From the human T2T-CHM13v2.0 reference genome, Homo sapiens: DNA of 64,000 bases. The DNA is taken from the NCBI RefSeq assembly GCF_009914755.1, contig NC_060925.1, one strand, 5' to 3'. Position 1 is the first letter of the stretch, and every line of letters begins with the position of its first letter. Both the position numbers and the translations under genes were made by a program. The notes under the pieces were generated by a model that was not told the origin of the DNA, searched no databases, and saw only the letters and a list, made by a program, of their open reading frames with translations. Shown here in pieces: positions 10,404-22,120 of the stretch.

Positions 10404-12775
10404 TGTGTTAGTCTGTTTTCATACTGCTTTAAAGAACTGCCCAAGACTGGGTAATTTATAAAGGAAAGAGGTTTAATTGACTCACAGTTCAGCTTGGCTG
10501 GAGAGGCCTCAGGAAACGTACAATCATGGAGGAAGGTGAAGGGGAAGCAAGGCACCTTTTCCACAAAGCAACAGGAAGAAGTGCGAAGCAAAATGGGAAG
10601 AGCTCCTTGTAAAACTATCAGATCTCTTGAGAACTCACTCACTATCATGAGAACAGCATCGGGGAAACAAACCCCGTGATTCAGTTACCTTCACCTGGTC
10701 CCTCCCTTGACACATGGGGATTATGGGGATTACTGGGATTACAATTCAAGATGAGATGTGGGTGGGGACATAAAGCCTAATAACATTCTGCCCCTGGTCC
10801 CTCCCAAATCTCATGTCCCTTTCACATTTCAAAGCCAATCATGCCTTCCCAAGAGTCCCCCAAAGTCTTAATTCATTGCAGCATTAGTCCATAAGTTCAA
10901 GTCTAAAATCTCATCTGAAACAAGGTAAGTCACTTCCACCCATGAGCCTATAAAATCAAAAGCAACTTAGTTCCTTTCTAAATACAATGTGTGAGCAAGC
11001 TTTGGGTAAATACACTTGTTCTAAATGCGAGAAATTGGCCAAAACAAAGGGGCTGCAGTCCCCATTCAAGTCCAAAACCCAGCAGGGCTGTCAAATCTTA
11101 AAGCTCCAAATGATCTCCTTTGAGTTTGTGTCTTACATCCAGGTCATACTGATACAACAGGTGGGCTCCCACAACCTTGGGCAGCTCTTCCCCTGTGGCT
11201 TTGAAGGGTACAACCTCCCTCCTGGCTGTTTTCACAGGCTTGTGTTGAGTACCTGGCTTTTCCAGTCACACAGTGCAAGCTGTGGGTGGGTCTTCTGGGG
11301 TCTGGCAAATGGAGACTCTCTTCTCACAGCTCCACTAGGTGATGCCCCAGTGGGGACTCTGTGTGGGGGCTCCAACCCCACATTTTCCTTCTGCACTGCC
11401 TTAGCAGAGGTTCTCAATGAGGGCTCCACCCCTGCAGAAAACTTCTCTCTGGACATCCAGGAGTTTGCATAAATCCTCTGAAATCTAGCTGGAGGTTCCC
11501 AAACCTCAATTCTTGACTTCTGTGCACCCGCAGGCCCAACACCATGTGTAAGCTGCCACGCCTTGGGGCTTGCACCCTCTGAAGCAATGACCTGAGCTGT
11601 ACATTGGCCCTTTTGGCCATGACTGGGACACAGAGCACCAAGTCCTGAGATTGCACCAAGCATCAAGTCCCTGTGCCCAGCCCACAAAACCACTTTTTTT
11701 CACCTTGCCCTCCGGGCCTGTGGTGGGAAGGGATGCTATGAAGACTTATGACATGCCCTGGAGACGTTTTCCCCATTGTCTTAGTGATTAACATCTGACT
11801 CCTTGTTATTTATGCAAATTTCTGCAGCCAGCTTGAATTTCTCCTCAGAAAATGGGGTTTTCTTTTCTATTGCATTATCAGGCCGCAAATTTTCTAAACT
11901 TTTATGCTCTGCTTCCCTTTTCAACAAAGGTTTCAATTCCAAATAATATCTTTGTGAATGCATAAAACTGAATGCTTTTAAGAGTACCCAAGTCACCTCT
12001 TGAATGTTTTGCCTCTTAGAAATTTCTTCCACCAGATACCCTAAATTATCTCTCTCAAGTTCAACATTCCACAGATCTCCAGGGCAGGGGCAAAATGACA
12101 CCAGCCTCTTTGGTAAAGCATAGCAGGAGTCACATTTATTCCAATTCCCAACAAGTTCCTCATCTCCATCTGAGACCACCTCAGCCTGCAATTCATTATC
12201 CATATTACTATCAGCATTTTGGTCAAAACTATTTAATAAGTCTCTAGGAAGTTCCAAACCCTTCCACACCTTCCTGTCTTCTTCTGAGCCCTCCAAACTG
12301 TTCCAATCTCTGTCCATTACCCAGTTCCAAAGTCGCTTCCACATTTTCTGGTATCTTTAGAGCAGCACCCTACTCTCTGCAGTACCAACTTACTTTATTA
12401 GTCCATTTTCACACTACTGTAAAGAACTGCCCAAGACTAGGTAATTTATAAAGGGAAGAGATTTAATTGACTTACAGTTCAGCATGGCTGGAGAGACCTC
12501 AGCACACTTACAATCATGGAGGAAGGTGAAGGGGAAGCAAGGCACTTTCTTCTCAAGGCAACAGGAAGGACAAGTGCTGAGTGAAAGGGGAAGAGCACCT
12601 TATAAAACATCAGATCTTGTGAGAACTCACTATCATGAGAACAGCAAGGGGGAAACTTAACCCATGACTGAATTACCTCCGCCTGGTCTTTCCTTGACAC
12701 GTGAGGATTATGGGAATTATCAGGATTACAATTCAAGGTGAGGTCTGGGTGGGGACCCAAAGCCTAGTCATATCA
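10404..12775 (-). mobile_element. Full-length THE1D MaLR provirus (3' LTR 10404-10785, internal 10786-12393, 5' LTR 12394-12775)
   Basis: Two ~382-bp LTRs containing AAAGAACTGCCCAAGACT...GGGGAAGCAAGGCAC...GGGTGGGGAC; ~1.6 kb THE1 internal; perfect 5-bp TSD TCATC at 10399-10403 and 12776-12780. Confidence 0.95.
11232..12344 (-). pseudogene. Disrupted THE1 internal (gag-derived MaLR) ORF
   Basis: ORF 11781-12344 (WNSLEGSEEDRK...QAEVVSDGDEELVGNW) and ORF 11232-11693 (ASEGASPK..QL..GV.PAGAQKSRIEVWEPP.RFQR) are typical THE1-int peptides, separated by stops and a likely frameshift. Confidence 0.85.
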
Positions 12776-15053
12776 TCATCAGACAATTTTAAAATTCAGA
12801 AGCAGATAGAGTAATATTAGACAAAGTAAGCATCACAGCAAAAAAAAAAAAAAAAAAAAAAATAGGACAGAATGATATTGTATAATAATAAAAGGGTCAT
12901 TATGCCAAGAATACACAGTAATTCCAAATGTTTGTGAACCAAACAACAGAACTGCAAAATATGTAAAACCAAAACTGATATAATTGAAAAGACAAATAGA
13001 CAAATGCATAAAGTCAGGGACACCAATACCCTTTTCTCAAAAACTGATAAAATCACTGAACCTGAAATTAGCAAGAATATAGAGGAACTCAATAGTATCA
13101 TCAAATATCAACAACAGGATCTGACTGATATTTATAGAACTTTATATCCAATCACAGTGGAATATGCATTCTTTTCATGTGTCCATGAAATGTGTACTAA
13201 GACAGCCATACCCTGGGTGAGTCATAAAACAAACTTCAACAATTAAAATTATACAAATTGTTCCCTTGTGAAAATGGAATTAAACTAGAAATCAAAACTA
13301 GAAAGATAACAGGAAAACCCCTAAACATTTAGGAATTAAAAAACATACTTATAAACAACCCATTTGTCAAATAGGAATTCTCAATGAAAATTTTAAAAAA
13401 TATAAGCATCAAACTAAAAATTAAAATAAAACACATCTGTATTTGTGGAACACAATAAAGCAATGTCAAGAAGGAAATGTATACTACGGATGCATACATT
13501 AGGAAAGAGAATATGTTTCAAATCAATAATTTTATTTTTCACTTCAAGAACTTAAAAAAAGAGAAAAATAAACCACATCAAGCAGAAGGAAGGAAATAAT
13601 AAACATAACAGCAGATATCAATGAAACTGAAAACAGAAAACAGTAGAGAAAATACAATAAAACAAAGAGCTGATTGTTTAGATATATTAATAAAACTGAC
13701 AAATCTCTATCATGACTTACAATAAAAAAAGACACAAATTACCAATATAACAAATGAAACAAGGGATATCACTACAGATTCAATAGATACCAAAAGGATA
13801 GTAAGAAAATATTATAACAACTCTAAACACAAAAATTTGTCCACTTGATTAAATAGACCAATTTCTTGAAGAACACAATTGTCACAACTCACCAAATATA
13901 TTATAGAAAGGTAATTTGAATATCCTTTTAATTACTAAGTAAGTTGAATTACTAATTTAAACTTCCGCAAACAGAAATCTCCAGTTCAAAATAGTTTCAC
14001 TGGAGAATATACTAAAATGTTAAAGAACAATGAACAATAATTCTGTGAATCTCTTTCAGAAAAATAAAAGACTTGCTTCCCGATTCATTTTATGAAGCTA
14101 GCCTTACCCTAATATCAAAACCAGACAGGGAGAGTATAAGAAAAACACAAATATTATCATGAATATGACACAAAAATTCTTAACAAATTATTCTCCAACA
14201 GAATTTATCAATATATAAAAATAATTATACATTATGACTAAGCTGGTTTATTTCAGGGATTTAAAGGTGGCTCAAGATCACAAACTTATCAATATAATCT
14301 ATTATACTAATGATCTGAGGAAGAAAAATCACATGCTCTATTAATTGATGCATAGAATGTTTTATAACAAACTTCTAGAACAATAGGAATAGAGGGAAAC
14401 TTCTTCAGTGTGATAACAACATCTACAAACAACGTAAAGCTAACACTATGTTTAATTGGGTAAGAATGAATGCTTTATCTGTATAATTAGAAGCAACACA
14501 AGGGTTTACTTTTTTATAATTCTTACTAAACAGAACACCATGTTATAAGTTGTAGCAGGTGCAATAAGGCAAGAAAAACAATAAAGGCACACAAATTGGA
14601 AAGGAAGAAATAAAAATGTTCCTATCATATTTGCAAAGGAAATGATGGTCTGCATAGGAAATCCCAAGGAATCTACAAAAACATTCTTAGTACTAATAAG
14701 TAAATTCATCAAGGTCACAACAATGAATGTACAGACACCAAAATTAAAATCCAGGATCCTTCACAATCATTAAAAAAAATACTTAGATGTTAACATATCA
14801 AAATATGTACAGGACTTGTAAACTGAAACTACAAAATTCTGATAAAAGAAATCAAAGATCTAAATACATGGAGAGACATACTGTGCACATGAATTGGAAA
14901 ACTCAATATATAAAATATATAAGTTGTTCCAAAATTGATATAAAGGTTTAATGAAATTGATATTAAAATCCTAGCAAGATTTTATATATATAAATATGCA
15001 TATATATGAGATTTATCTTTTATACATAAAATATGTATACTTACATATAAATA

Positions 15054-15132
15054 TGTGTATATTTTACATAAAATATAGTTATATATTTTGTGTATATTTT
15101 ACATAAAATATAGTTATATATTTTGTGTATAT
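15054..15132. repeat. 35-bp perfect tandem repeat (~2.25 copies) in a TA-rich tract, followed by (GATA)n to ~15201
   Basis: TGTGTATATTTTACATAAAATATAGTTATATATTT at 15054 and 15089, partial copy at 15124. Confidence 0.9.
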
Positions 15133-15250
15133 ATAGAGAGATATGTGGAGAGATATTTCTATCTGTCTATAGATAGATGGTTGGACGGATAGATAGATAG
15201 ATTTATCCAAAAATGCATGTGGAAAGAAAGGAATTCAAACAGCTAGAAAA

Positions 15251-15543
15251 GCGTGGGCTCTGTGACTCTTGCCTGTAATCCTTGCGCTTTGGGTGGCTGA
15301 AGAGGGAGGATCACTTGAGATCAGGAGTTTGAGATCAGCCTGGGCAACATAGTGAGACCCTACCTCTACAAAAAAATTAAAAAGTTAGCCAGGTACAGTG
15401 GGACGTGCCTGTAGTCTCAGTGACTTGGGAGGCTGAGTCAGGAAGATCACTTAAAGAGCACAGGAGTTCCAAGCTGCAGTGAGCCATTGCAATCCAGCCT
15501 GAGTGAAAGAGCAAGACATTGTATCAGTAATAATAATAATAAT
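15251..15543 (+). mobile_element. AluJ
   Basis: GGATCACTTGAGATCAGGAGTTTGAGATCAGCCTGGGCAACATAGTGAGACCC; small right-arm deletion; (AAT)n tail. Confidence 0.9.
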
Positions 15544-16909
15544 AGTTAAAATAATTTTGAAAACAAAGAATAAAGTGGGAGGAACCAATCTACCTGAAAC
15601 CAAGACATTATATAGCTACAATAATCAAGAGTGTATAGTTTTGGACGAGGGATAAACTCAATGATCAATGGAACAGAATAGAAAACCAAGAAGTAGACCC
15701 ACAGAAGTAGACCCAACGGATTCTTGAGAAAGGTGCAATAGTAGTTTACTAGTGAAAAGATAACATTTTCAGCAATAATGCTGAAATAATGGAATATTCA
15801 CAGGCAGGCAAGCAATAAATAAATGAGCTTCAACCTAATTATCTCAAGTTATACAAAAATTGATGTAAAAATGGACCATGAAATTAAATGTAATACATAA
15901 AATTATAAAATATTTAGTGAAACACGTAAGAGAAATCTTTGAGATCTAGAATTAGGTGAAGTGTTCTTAGACTTGATTCTGAAAGTAAAATCAATAAAAA
16001 GAAAGATTGATAAGCTAGATAAAATCAAAATTAAAAACTTTTTATGAAAAGCATTGTTAAGATAATGAAAGCTACAGACAGTGAGAAAATATTTGCAAGC
16101 AACATATCTTACAAAAGACTACTATTAGAATATATACAAAGAACTTTCAAAGGTCATCATAAAACTTTCTATTAGAAAATGGGCAAAAGACATGTAGAAG
16201 CATTTTATTGAAGAGGATATCAGATGACAAATAAGCACATGAAAAGATTCTCCTCACCCCTAGCCATTAAGCAAAGGCTAAATTAAAACCACAGTGATAA
16301 ATCACTATATATCTGTCATAATAGCTAAAATAAAAATGTGTGACAATAACATCAATTGCTGGTGAAGATGTATAAAAGATGTTCACTCATACATTGATGC
16401 TGGTTGTGTTAAATGTTACAGCTACTTTGGAAAACATTTAGGCATGTTCTTTAAAAACTAAAAAGCAACTATCATTCAACCTAGCAAATATACTCCCCAC
16501 AAAGTTAAAACTTAGGTTCACACACACAAAAATCTATACATTAATGTTGATAGCAACATTATTTATAATAGCCCAAAACTGTAAACTCAGATGTCCTTAA
16601 ATGGGTAAATGGTTAAACATCTGTGTTATCCATTTATACCATGGATAACTCTATAATAAAAAGGAACAAACTATTGATACATGTAATAATAACTGGATGA
16701 GTCTCTAGAAATTTATGTTGGGTGAATAAAATCAATCCCCCAAAATCACATACCATATGATTCCATTCACCTAAAATTTTTGAAATGACAAAATTATAGG
16801 AATGAAGAACAGATTCATAGTTACCAGAGTTTGAGAAGGAGGTAAGAGTGGGAGGCAAGTAAGTGGGTATGTCCATAAAAGAACAGCATGAGAAATTCTG
16901 ATGACCAGG

Positions 16910-17640
16910 AGAGAATGGAAACCAATGGGTGAAATGGAGAAATTCAAAAGAGAATTAGGATAGGTAGAAAGAATCAGATCGAAAAATCTACAATTAAAAA
17001 AAAATCTGAAATTAAGAATTCATTAGATGTCTTTAAGAGGAGATTAGATATTGCAGAAAAGTATACTAACAAACTGGAAGTCAGGACAATAAATAACCAA
17101 AGTAAAGCACAGAGAGCATAAGTAACCAAGAATACAGCATGCAGCATAAGGGATATATGCAATACAGTGAGGAAGGTACAATATATATCTAGTTGGAGTT
17201 CCAGAAATAAAGAGGAAGAAAGAATAAGAAAGAAGAAAAATCTAGAGAGATAATAACTAATATTTCTAACTGATATAAGCCATTTATGCATAGATGGAAG
17301 TTCAGAAAATCTATAAATGCATAATTTATAATAAAATACAAAGTAAATTTTATTAGGCACATTATAGTCAAACTGCTGAAGAGAAAAATCTTAAAAACAG
17401 CTTCTTCAAAAACAACAGTGAGACTTAAAACTGACTGATGACAGACATGGAAGACAGAAGAAAATGAAATGCTGTATTTAGAGCAGTGAAAGCTTCATTT
17501 CTATGCCTATTGAAAATATCCTCTAAAGATGGAAGCAAATATGTGCTGTTTCAGACAAAGTACATCTGACTGAGATAAAGTATTATTACTGAATCTGCAA
17601 AAATAAAATTCTGAATGGCCAAAGTATACATAATGGTATA
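16910..17640 (+). mobile_element. Old L1 ORF1-region (or HAL1) fragment
   Basis: GGAGATTAGATATTGCAGAA...TTGGAGTTCCAGAA...AGGCACATTATAGTCAAACTGCTGAA...GAAAATCTTAAAA matches L1 ORF1 DNA. Confidence 0.7.
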
Positions 17641-19250
17641 AAATACTGTAAGTTATAATCACTGGAAAAGTTGAAAGTAGCAACATATTTTGCTCTGAAA
17701 ATTGCAGCATCTGCCTTAATTGCTTTTGACTGTGGTTTTGAGTGCTTTTTTGTTTAGATTAAAAAGTTAAGTAAAAATATAAACTCCCTTTGTTCATAAT
17801 ATGAATATAAAATTAAAACTACATACAAGTCAAATAAATTATGCATAATGAGAAACAAGAAGTTTGTTTACTGAAAGCTGCTATTCCTACATCTCTCATA
17901 GCATTTGTCCTTTTATCCACAAAAATCAATCACCAAACTACAAAAGGTTTGAAAATTTACAACTATGCCTAGCACAAAGTGAGTAACCAATAAATGTTTT
18001 CTGAACATGTTTTTTGAAATGTAAACATGGTGATTTCATCAGTACAATTCTAATTAATACCATATAATCAGTTCATCAAACTGAAAATGGATAAAAATGC
18101 ACAAATATCAAAAGCATATAGAAGTGTCAGAAGGTTTGCCTTGAAAAGTGAATTGAAAATCAACTAGCGCTCAGTCTAGTGGCATTTAGCATTCCTATCA
18201 CCCATAAACAACTGCTATATGTGACATAATTATTATCAGTATTTACCCTGGAAACAGTTAATCCATTACTTAATATGTATTTGGAATTCAGTCAAGGAAA
18301 ATATCAGATAGAAAGAAAGAAGTTCCGTGGTGATTTGCAGTCTTTGTCAGTAACTCATGCTTGTAAACCCAGCTGTATGATTGCCTCCATTTAATCCATC
18401 TTTTTCATTTTTAAAAAGCCACCAGTTATCTTGGAAATAAAATAAGCCTTTTTTTCAAAGATGGAAAATTGTATCTTCGTGTAACGGTAACATAATGCAC
18501 TGATGCTGATAACAAAATGGAATAAAGAAAAATTAAAGGCATTTAGAGCCTAGCTCTTACAACATGCATTCACATTCCTTTATCTGACTTTATATAAATG
18601 AACACAAAAGAAATAATACACTCCAAAAGGCAAGAAAAGAATACAGCAGGAGGGCTGAGATAGGAAAAATATGTGGAAGGAGGATGGTGGTGCTGGACCA
18701 AAGACAGGAAAGTCATAAGTTGGCAAGAACGATCAGAACAAAATGAGCATATAAGGAAGAAACAGTGTGACTTTGGCACTAGCAGCCCATCTCAGATGCT
18801 GTATTTGGTGCTTAGGTTATGTTCAGTTAGCTGTTTGTGGGCTTGCAAAATGAGAAGAACGTGCAAAGTTCCCAACAGGATGGATATGTGAGAGGTGAGA
18901 AACAGATTTTCAGGCTTCTATCCCACATTTGTCCTTAAAATTTGCTACATACAAATTATAAGTAAAAGGAAGAGTCTGAAATATATTGCAGGGTACAAAA
19001 GAACCATGTGTCATGGTCATGCTTGCCAGGACCTCAGAATTGGGTCCCTCTACAAATTCTTCCCTCAGTGACGCAGAATACGGTACAGACATGTATTGTT
19101 TTTCAAAGTTACGTCTTAGGGTGGTATCAAGTATTGTTTCTCACATTACAATAATCTGAATTAAGAATCAGGGTCATATTTTTAGTACTGTTAAATGTAC
19201 ATTTTGTCCCAAGAATCATTATGCTTCTTTCATTGCTTTTATACAAATGT

Positions 19251-19252
<2 letters not shown>

Positions 19253-19286
<34 letters not shown>
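19253..19286. repeat. (AC)17 microsatellite
   Basis: Read directly. Confidence 0.95.
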
Positions 19287-19289
<3 letters not shown>

Positions 19290-19368
19290 TTAAACAGCCC
19301 AAATACTAGAAATACTACAGCAGGAGCTCTTTTACAGAACTAGGCAAGAAGTAATGCATTACAAAGAG

Positions 19369-19490
19369 GATCATGTTACTTCCCTGCTAAAAACTCTCTT
19401 TGCTTAGAATAAATTCCAAATTCTTTAGCAAGGCACATAAATGCTTCACAATCTGGATCGTGCTTATGCAAACCTCCCTCCTCTCACTCT
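19369..19490 (+). mobile_element. L2 fragment
   Basis: GATCATGTTACTTCCCTGCTAAAAACTCT...TTGCTTAGAATAAATTCCAAATTCTTTAGCAAGGCAC. Confidence 0.65.
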
Positions 19491-19512
19491 GAGGTATATA
19501 CATAATAATACG

Positions 19513-19800
19513 TTAATAATAAAATGTTAAAAGAGCTAACACTTATGCAGTGCTATCTGCCAACAATCTTTCTAAATAGTAGACATATTAACTCATTTAA
19601 TTCTTAAGTCATATAAGATACATGTATATTATTATTCCTATTTTAATATATTCCATTATTATTCCTATTTATAATTTTATCTATAAAATTCCTATTTTAT
19701 AGATGAATAAATTGACAAAGAGAGAGGTTGAGTAATTTGTCCCATTTTATGGCAAAGCCAGGATTCAAACCCAGGTCCTTGAAATTCCGCAAGTGTGGTG
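19513..19800 (-). mobile_element. MIR
   Basis: ACTCATTTAATTCT...CCTATTTTATAGATGAATAAATTGA...AGAGAGGTTGAGTAATTTGTCC...GCCAGGATTCAAACCCAGG. Confidence 0.8.
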
Positions 19801-19983
19801 TGCTTTCTCTGACCTCTGAGGCCTGAACATGAAACTTTCCTCCTACATGCACCTAAAGCCCATCCTAGGCTTACTCTCATTATGTAAAATAATTGTACCT
19901 TAGTGATATTTCCTGCTTATTTTTCTGCTCACAAGAATATAACACTACATTGAATATGGCTTTATCTTTTTCATCACTGCATC

Positions 19984-20233
19984 TTCCTATTGGTTAGAGT
20001 AAAGGCTCAAATTCAAGCTCCCACCACATTTGATAGATGAAGATTGGGGAGAAATTCCTCAATAAATTGGAGCTTCCATTTTCTTATCCACAACCACTTG
20101 GCAATGATTTCAACTATAGTTCATAAGGTCTAGGAAGGTCTAGGTGAATGCTGTTTATAAATATACATGATTGTATTTTAACTCAACCCTAAAATTAGCC
20201 CAGAGAAGAAAAGAGTGCTATCTAAAATAATGC
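19984..20233. repeat. Dispersed direct repeat, copy 1 (~250 bp; partner at 20971-21212)
   Basis: Shared GGAGAAATTCCTyAATAAATTGGAGCTTC, AGTTCATAAGGTCT, GTTTATAAATATAsATGATTGTAT, ATCTAAAA. Confidence 0.9.
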
Positions 20234-20970
20234 TTGTTTTATGCTTGAAGTGAAATACATGTTTTTATAAGTGAATGAAGGATGCTCATATTGATTACTT
20301 ACTCTGTTCCACACATACTGTTAGATTGTTAGTAGGTCTCCATGAGTAATGCTGACTGACAAAATTAATAAATGAGTGAGTCAATTGAGTGGACAGGTCA
20401 CTTGCAAGTGTGATGTGACTAGAAATGAACTAAAGCCAAGAATTACAATTTCTGCTGATTTTTGGTAATGCTTAGAATTTCCATCATTCGATTAATTAAG
20501 TTAAAGACTGTTTCCAAAGATAACTCATTTGGGGATACTGGATCAATCTTTTAGTATTCGTTATTTCATCATTTTAATTCTTGCTCTGTCTCCATCCCTC
20601 TGCTCTCCCAGTCTCCTTGCTTTTACTGCTCAAGTTGGAAACACCTTTCTGTGTAAGGTTAAAATGCAAGTATTCCCCGAATAACAACAACAACAATAAA
20701 ATATAAATTCCTCTTTCTAGCTTTAGGAATTACAGGATTAAACATAATGCTGGATTAAATGCCTTGTCATCTCACATCTGTTGGGAGGTAATACATTCTT
20801 ACAGAGGTGGGCTGTTTCATGAACTAGAAGGCCTGATCATAGGGCATTTTCAAGGCATGTAGATCCAGGATGGGGCACGTGGGAAGTACTGGGTTGACAG
20901 AGGAAAAGATGATGTCATGTGAGACACTAAAATAAAACAGAGAATGCCTGTATTAGAGGTGTGCCTGATA

Positions 20971-21212
20971 CTCCTACTGGTATCAGAAAAGGCCCAAATT
21001 AAAGCTCTTCACCAGATGCGATCGATGCAGATTTAGGAGAAATTCCTTAATAAATTGGAGCTTCTATTCTTCTATCCACAATCACTCTGTAATGATTTTA
21101 ACTGTAGTTCATAAGGTCTGGGTGAATGCCGTTTATAAATATAGATGATTGTATATTAAGTGAAGCCTAAAATAACCCCAGGGAAAGAGAAAAAAGTATT
21201 ATCTAAAAATGC
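20971..21212. repeat. Dispersed direct repeat, copy 2
   Basis: Colinear with 19984-20233, roughly 80% identical by eye. Confidence 0.9.
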
Positions 21213-21699
21213 AAACCATACTGTGGGGGCTGAGGCCCTGTAGGGACAGTGAATGTGAAAGATATTACTAAGAGACGATCACCTGAAAGGTGGGGATTCT
21301 GGATTGCAGAGAAGATGAGTGGGAAACCTACCCAGAAGGATGGGGAAGAGCAATACTACAATAATGTTCAACAGATGGCTTGGTTCATCAGGTCCTGACA
21401 CAGTCATTGGATTTGCCATACTGCATCTAATGAGGATATCAAAATATCAACTAAGCTACTTAAAAAAAAAAAAAGAGCTTCACACACTCCCTCTGCCTCA
21501 GAACTCCTGGAGGAGCCCACCTACATTCCCCTTCTGTGCCCTTGAACCCCCCAGAGCTGTGATGGCTGATGAAAACAGCCATGGTCATCTCCCTCCTTCC
21601 GGCCAAGAATCAGCAAACCAAGAGAACTATGCATTTTCTGTTCATCTTGATCTGGAGCCTATTTACCACTTGAGTCTCCCTAGCCATATTCATAGACTT

Positions 21700-22120
21700 G
21701 CTGTTTTCAAGCATGACATGGTCTTCCATCCCTCTGTATCATTTTACAAACATCACCATCTCCCTAAAACGTCCTCTCTTTCCTGGTCTATTTGCTTAAT
21801 ACTTCCATCTTTTAAAGTTTTAGCTTTAAAGTCATTTTCCCTTTGAAGTCCATTTTTATATTTTCCATAAGGTAGATTTGCCTATTCCCTTTTTTATGCT
21901 CCTTCAGAACTAAATATCCTGTTCTTTGAGTTTAGCACATATAACATCTCATTGTACTTATTTATGTGTATGTCAAACTCCCTTCCCAGCAATATACTTT
22001 AAACAACTTGAGGAGTTTAACAACATTTAGCAAATAATGGGACATTAAATAAATATTTAACAACATTTAGCAAATAATGGGAAATTAAATAAATATTTGA
22101 CTTAATAATGAATAAATTAA
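21700..22120 (+). mobile_element. L2 3' region (degenerate)
   Basis: TACTTCCATCTTTTAAAGTTTTAGCTTTAAAGTCATTTTCCCTTTGAAG...AATAAATATTTGACTTAATAATGAAT. Confidence 0.5.
22016..22098. repeat. 40-bp tandem duplication
   Basis: TTTAACAACATTTAGCAAATAATGGGA(C/A)ATTAAATAAATA twice, one mismatch. Confidence 0.92.

Larger units (their letters stand above)
12810..16902 (+). mobile_element. L1MD-like LINE-1 (decayed ORF2 plus part of the 3' UTR), interrupted by an AluJ and simple repeats
   Basis: ORF 13004-13246 DLTDIYRTLYP..EYAFFS matches the L1 endonuclease; continuous ORF2 similarity; 3' UTR GAAATGACAAAATTATAGGAATGAAGAACAGATT...CCATAAAAGAACAGCATGAG. Confidence 0.9.

Noticed and set aside
10987-11472. 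161-aa plus-strand ORF
   Set aside because: Antisense frame of the THE1D internal region.
12810-17640. Single rearranged L1 with ORF2 before ORF1
   Set aside because: The ORF1-like part is more diverged and follows a truncated 3' UTR; two separate elements is the simpler reading.
21319-21846. 175-aa ORF
   Set aside because: Starts at GTG, runs through a poly-A tract (KKKK) and overlaps L2-like sequence; no recognisable domain.
19984-22098. CRISPR-like or regularly spaced repeat array
   Set aside because: Each repeat has only two copies, there is no repeat-spacer periodicity, and the context is primate genomic DNA.
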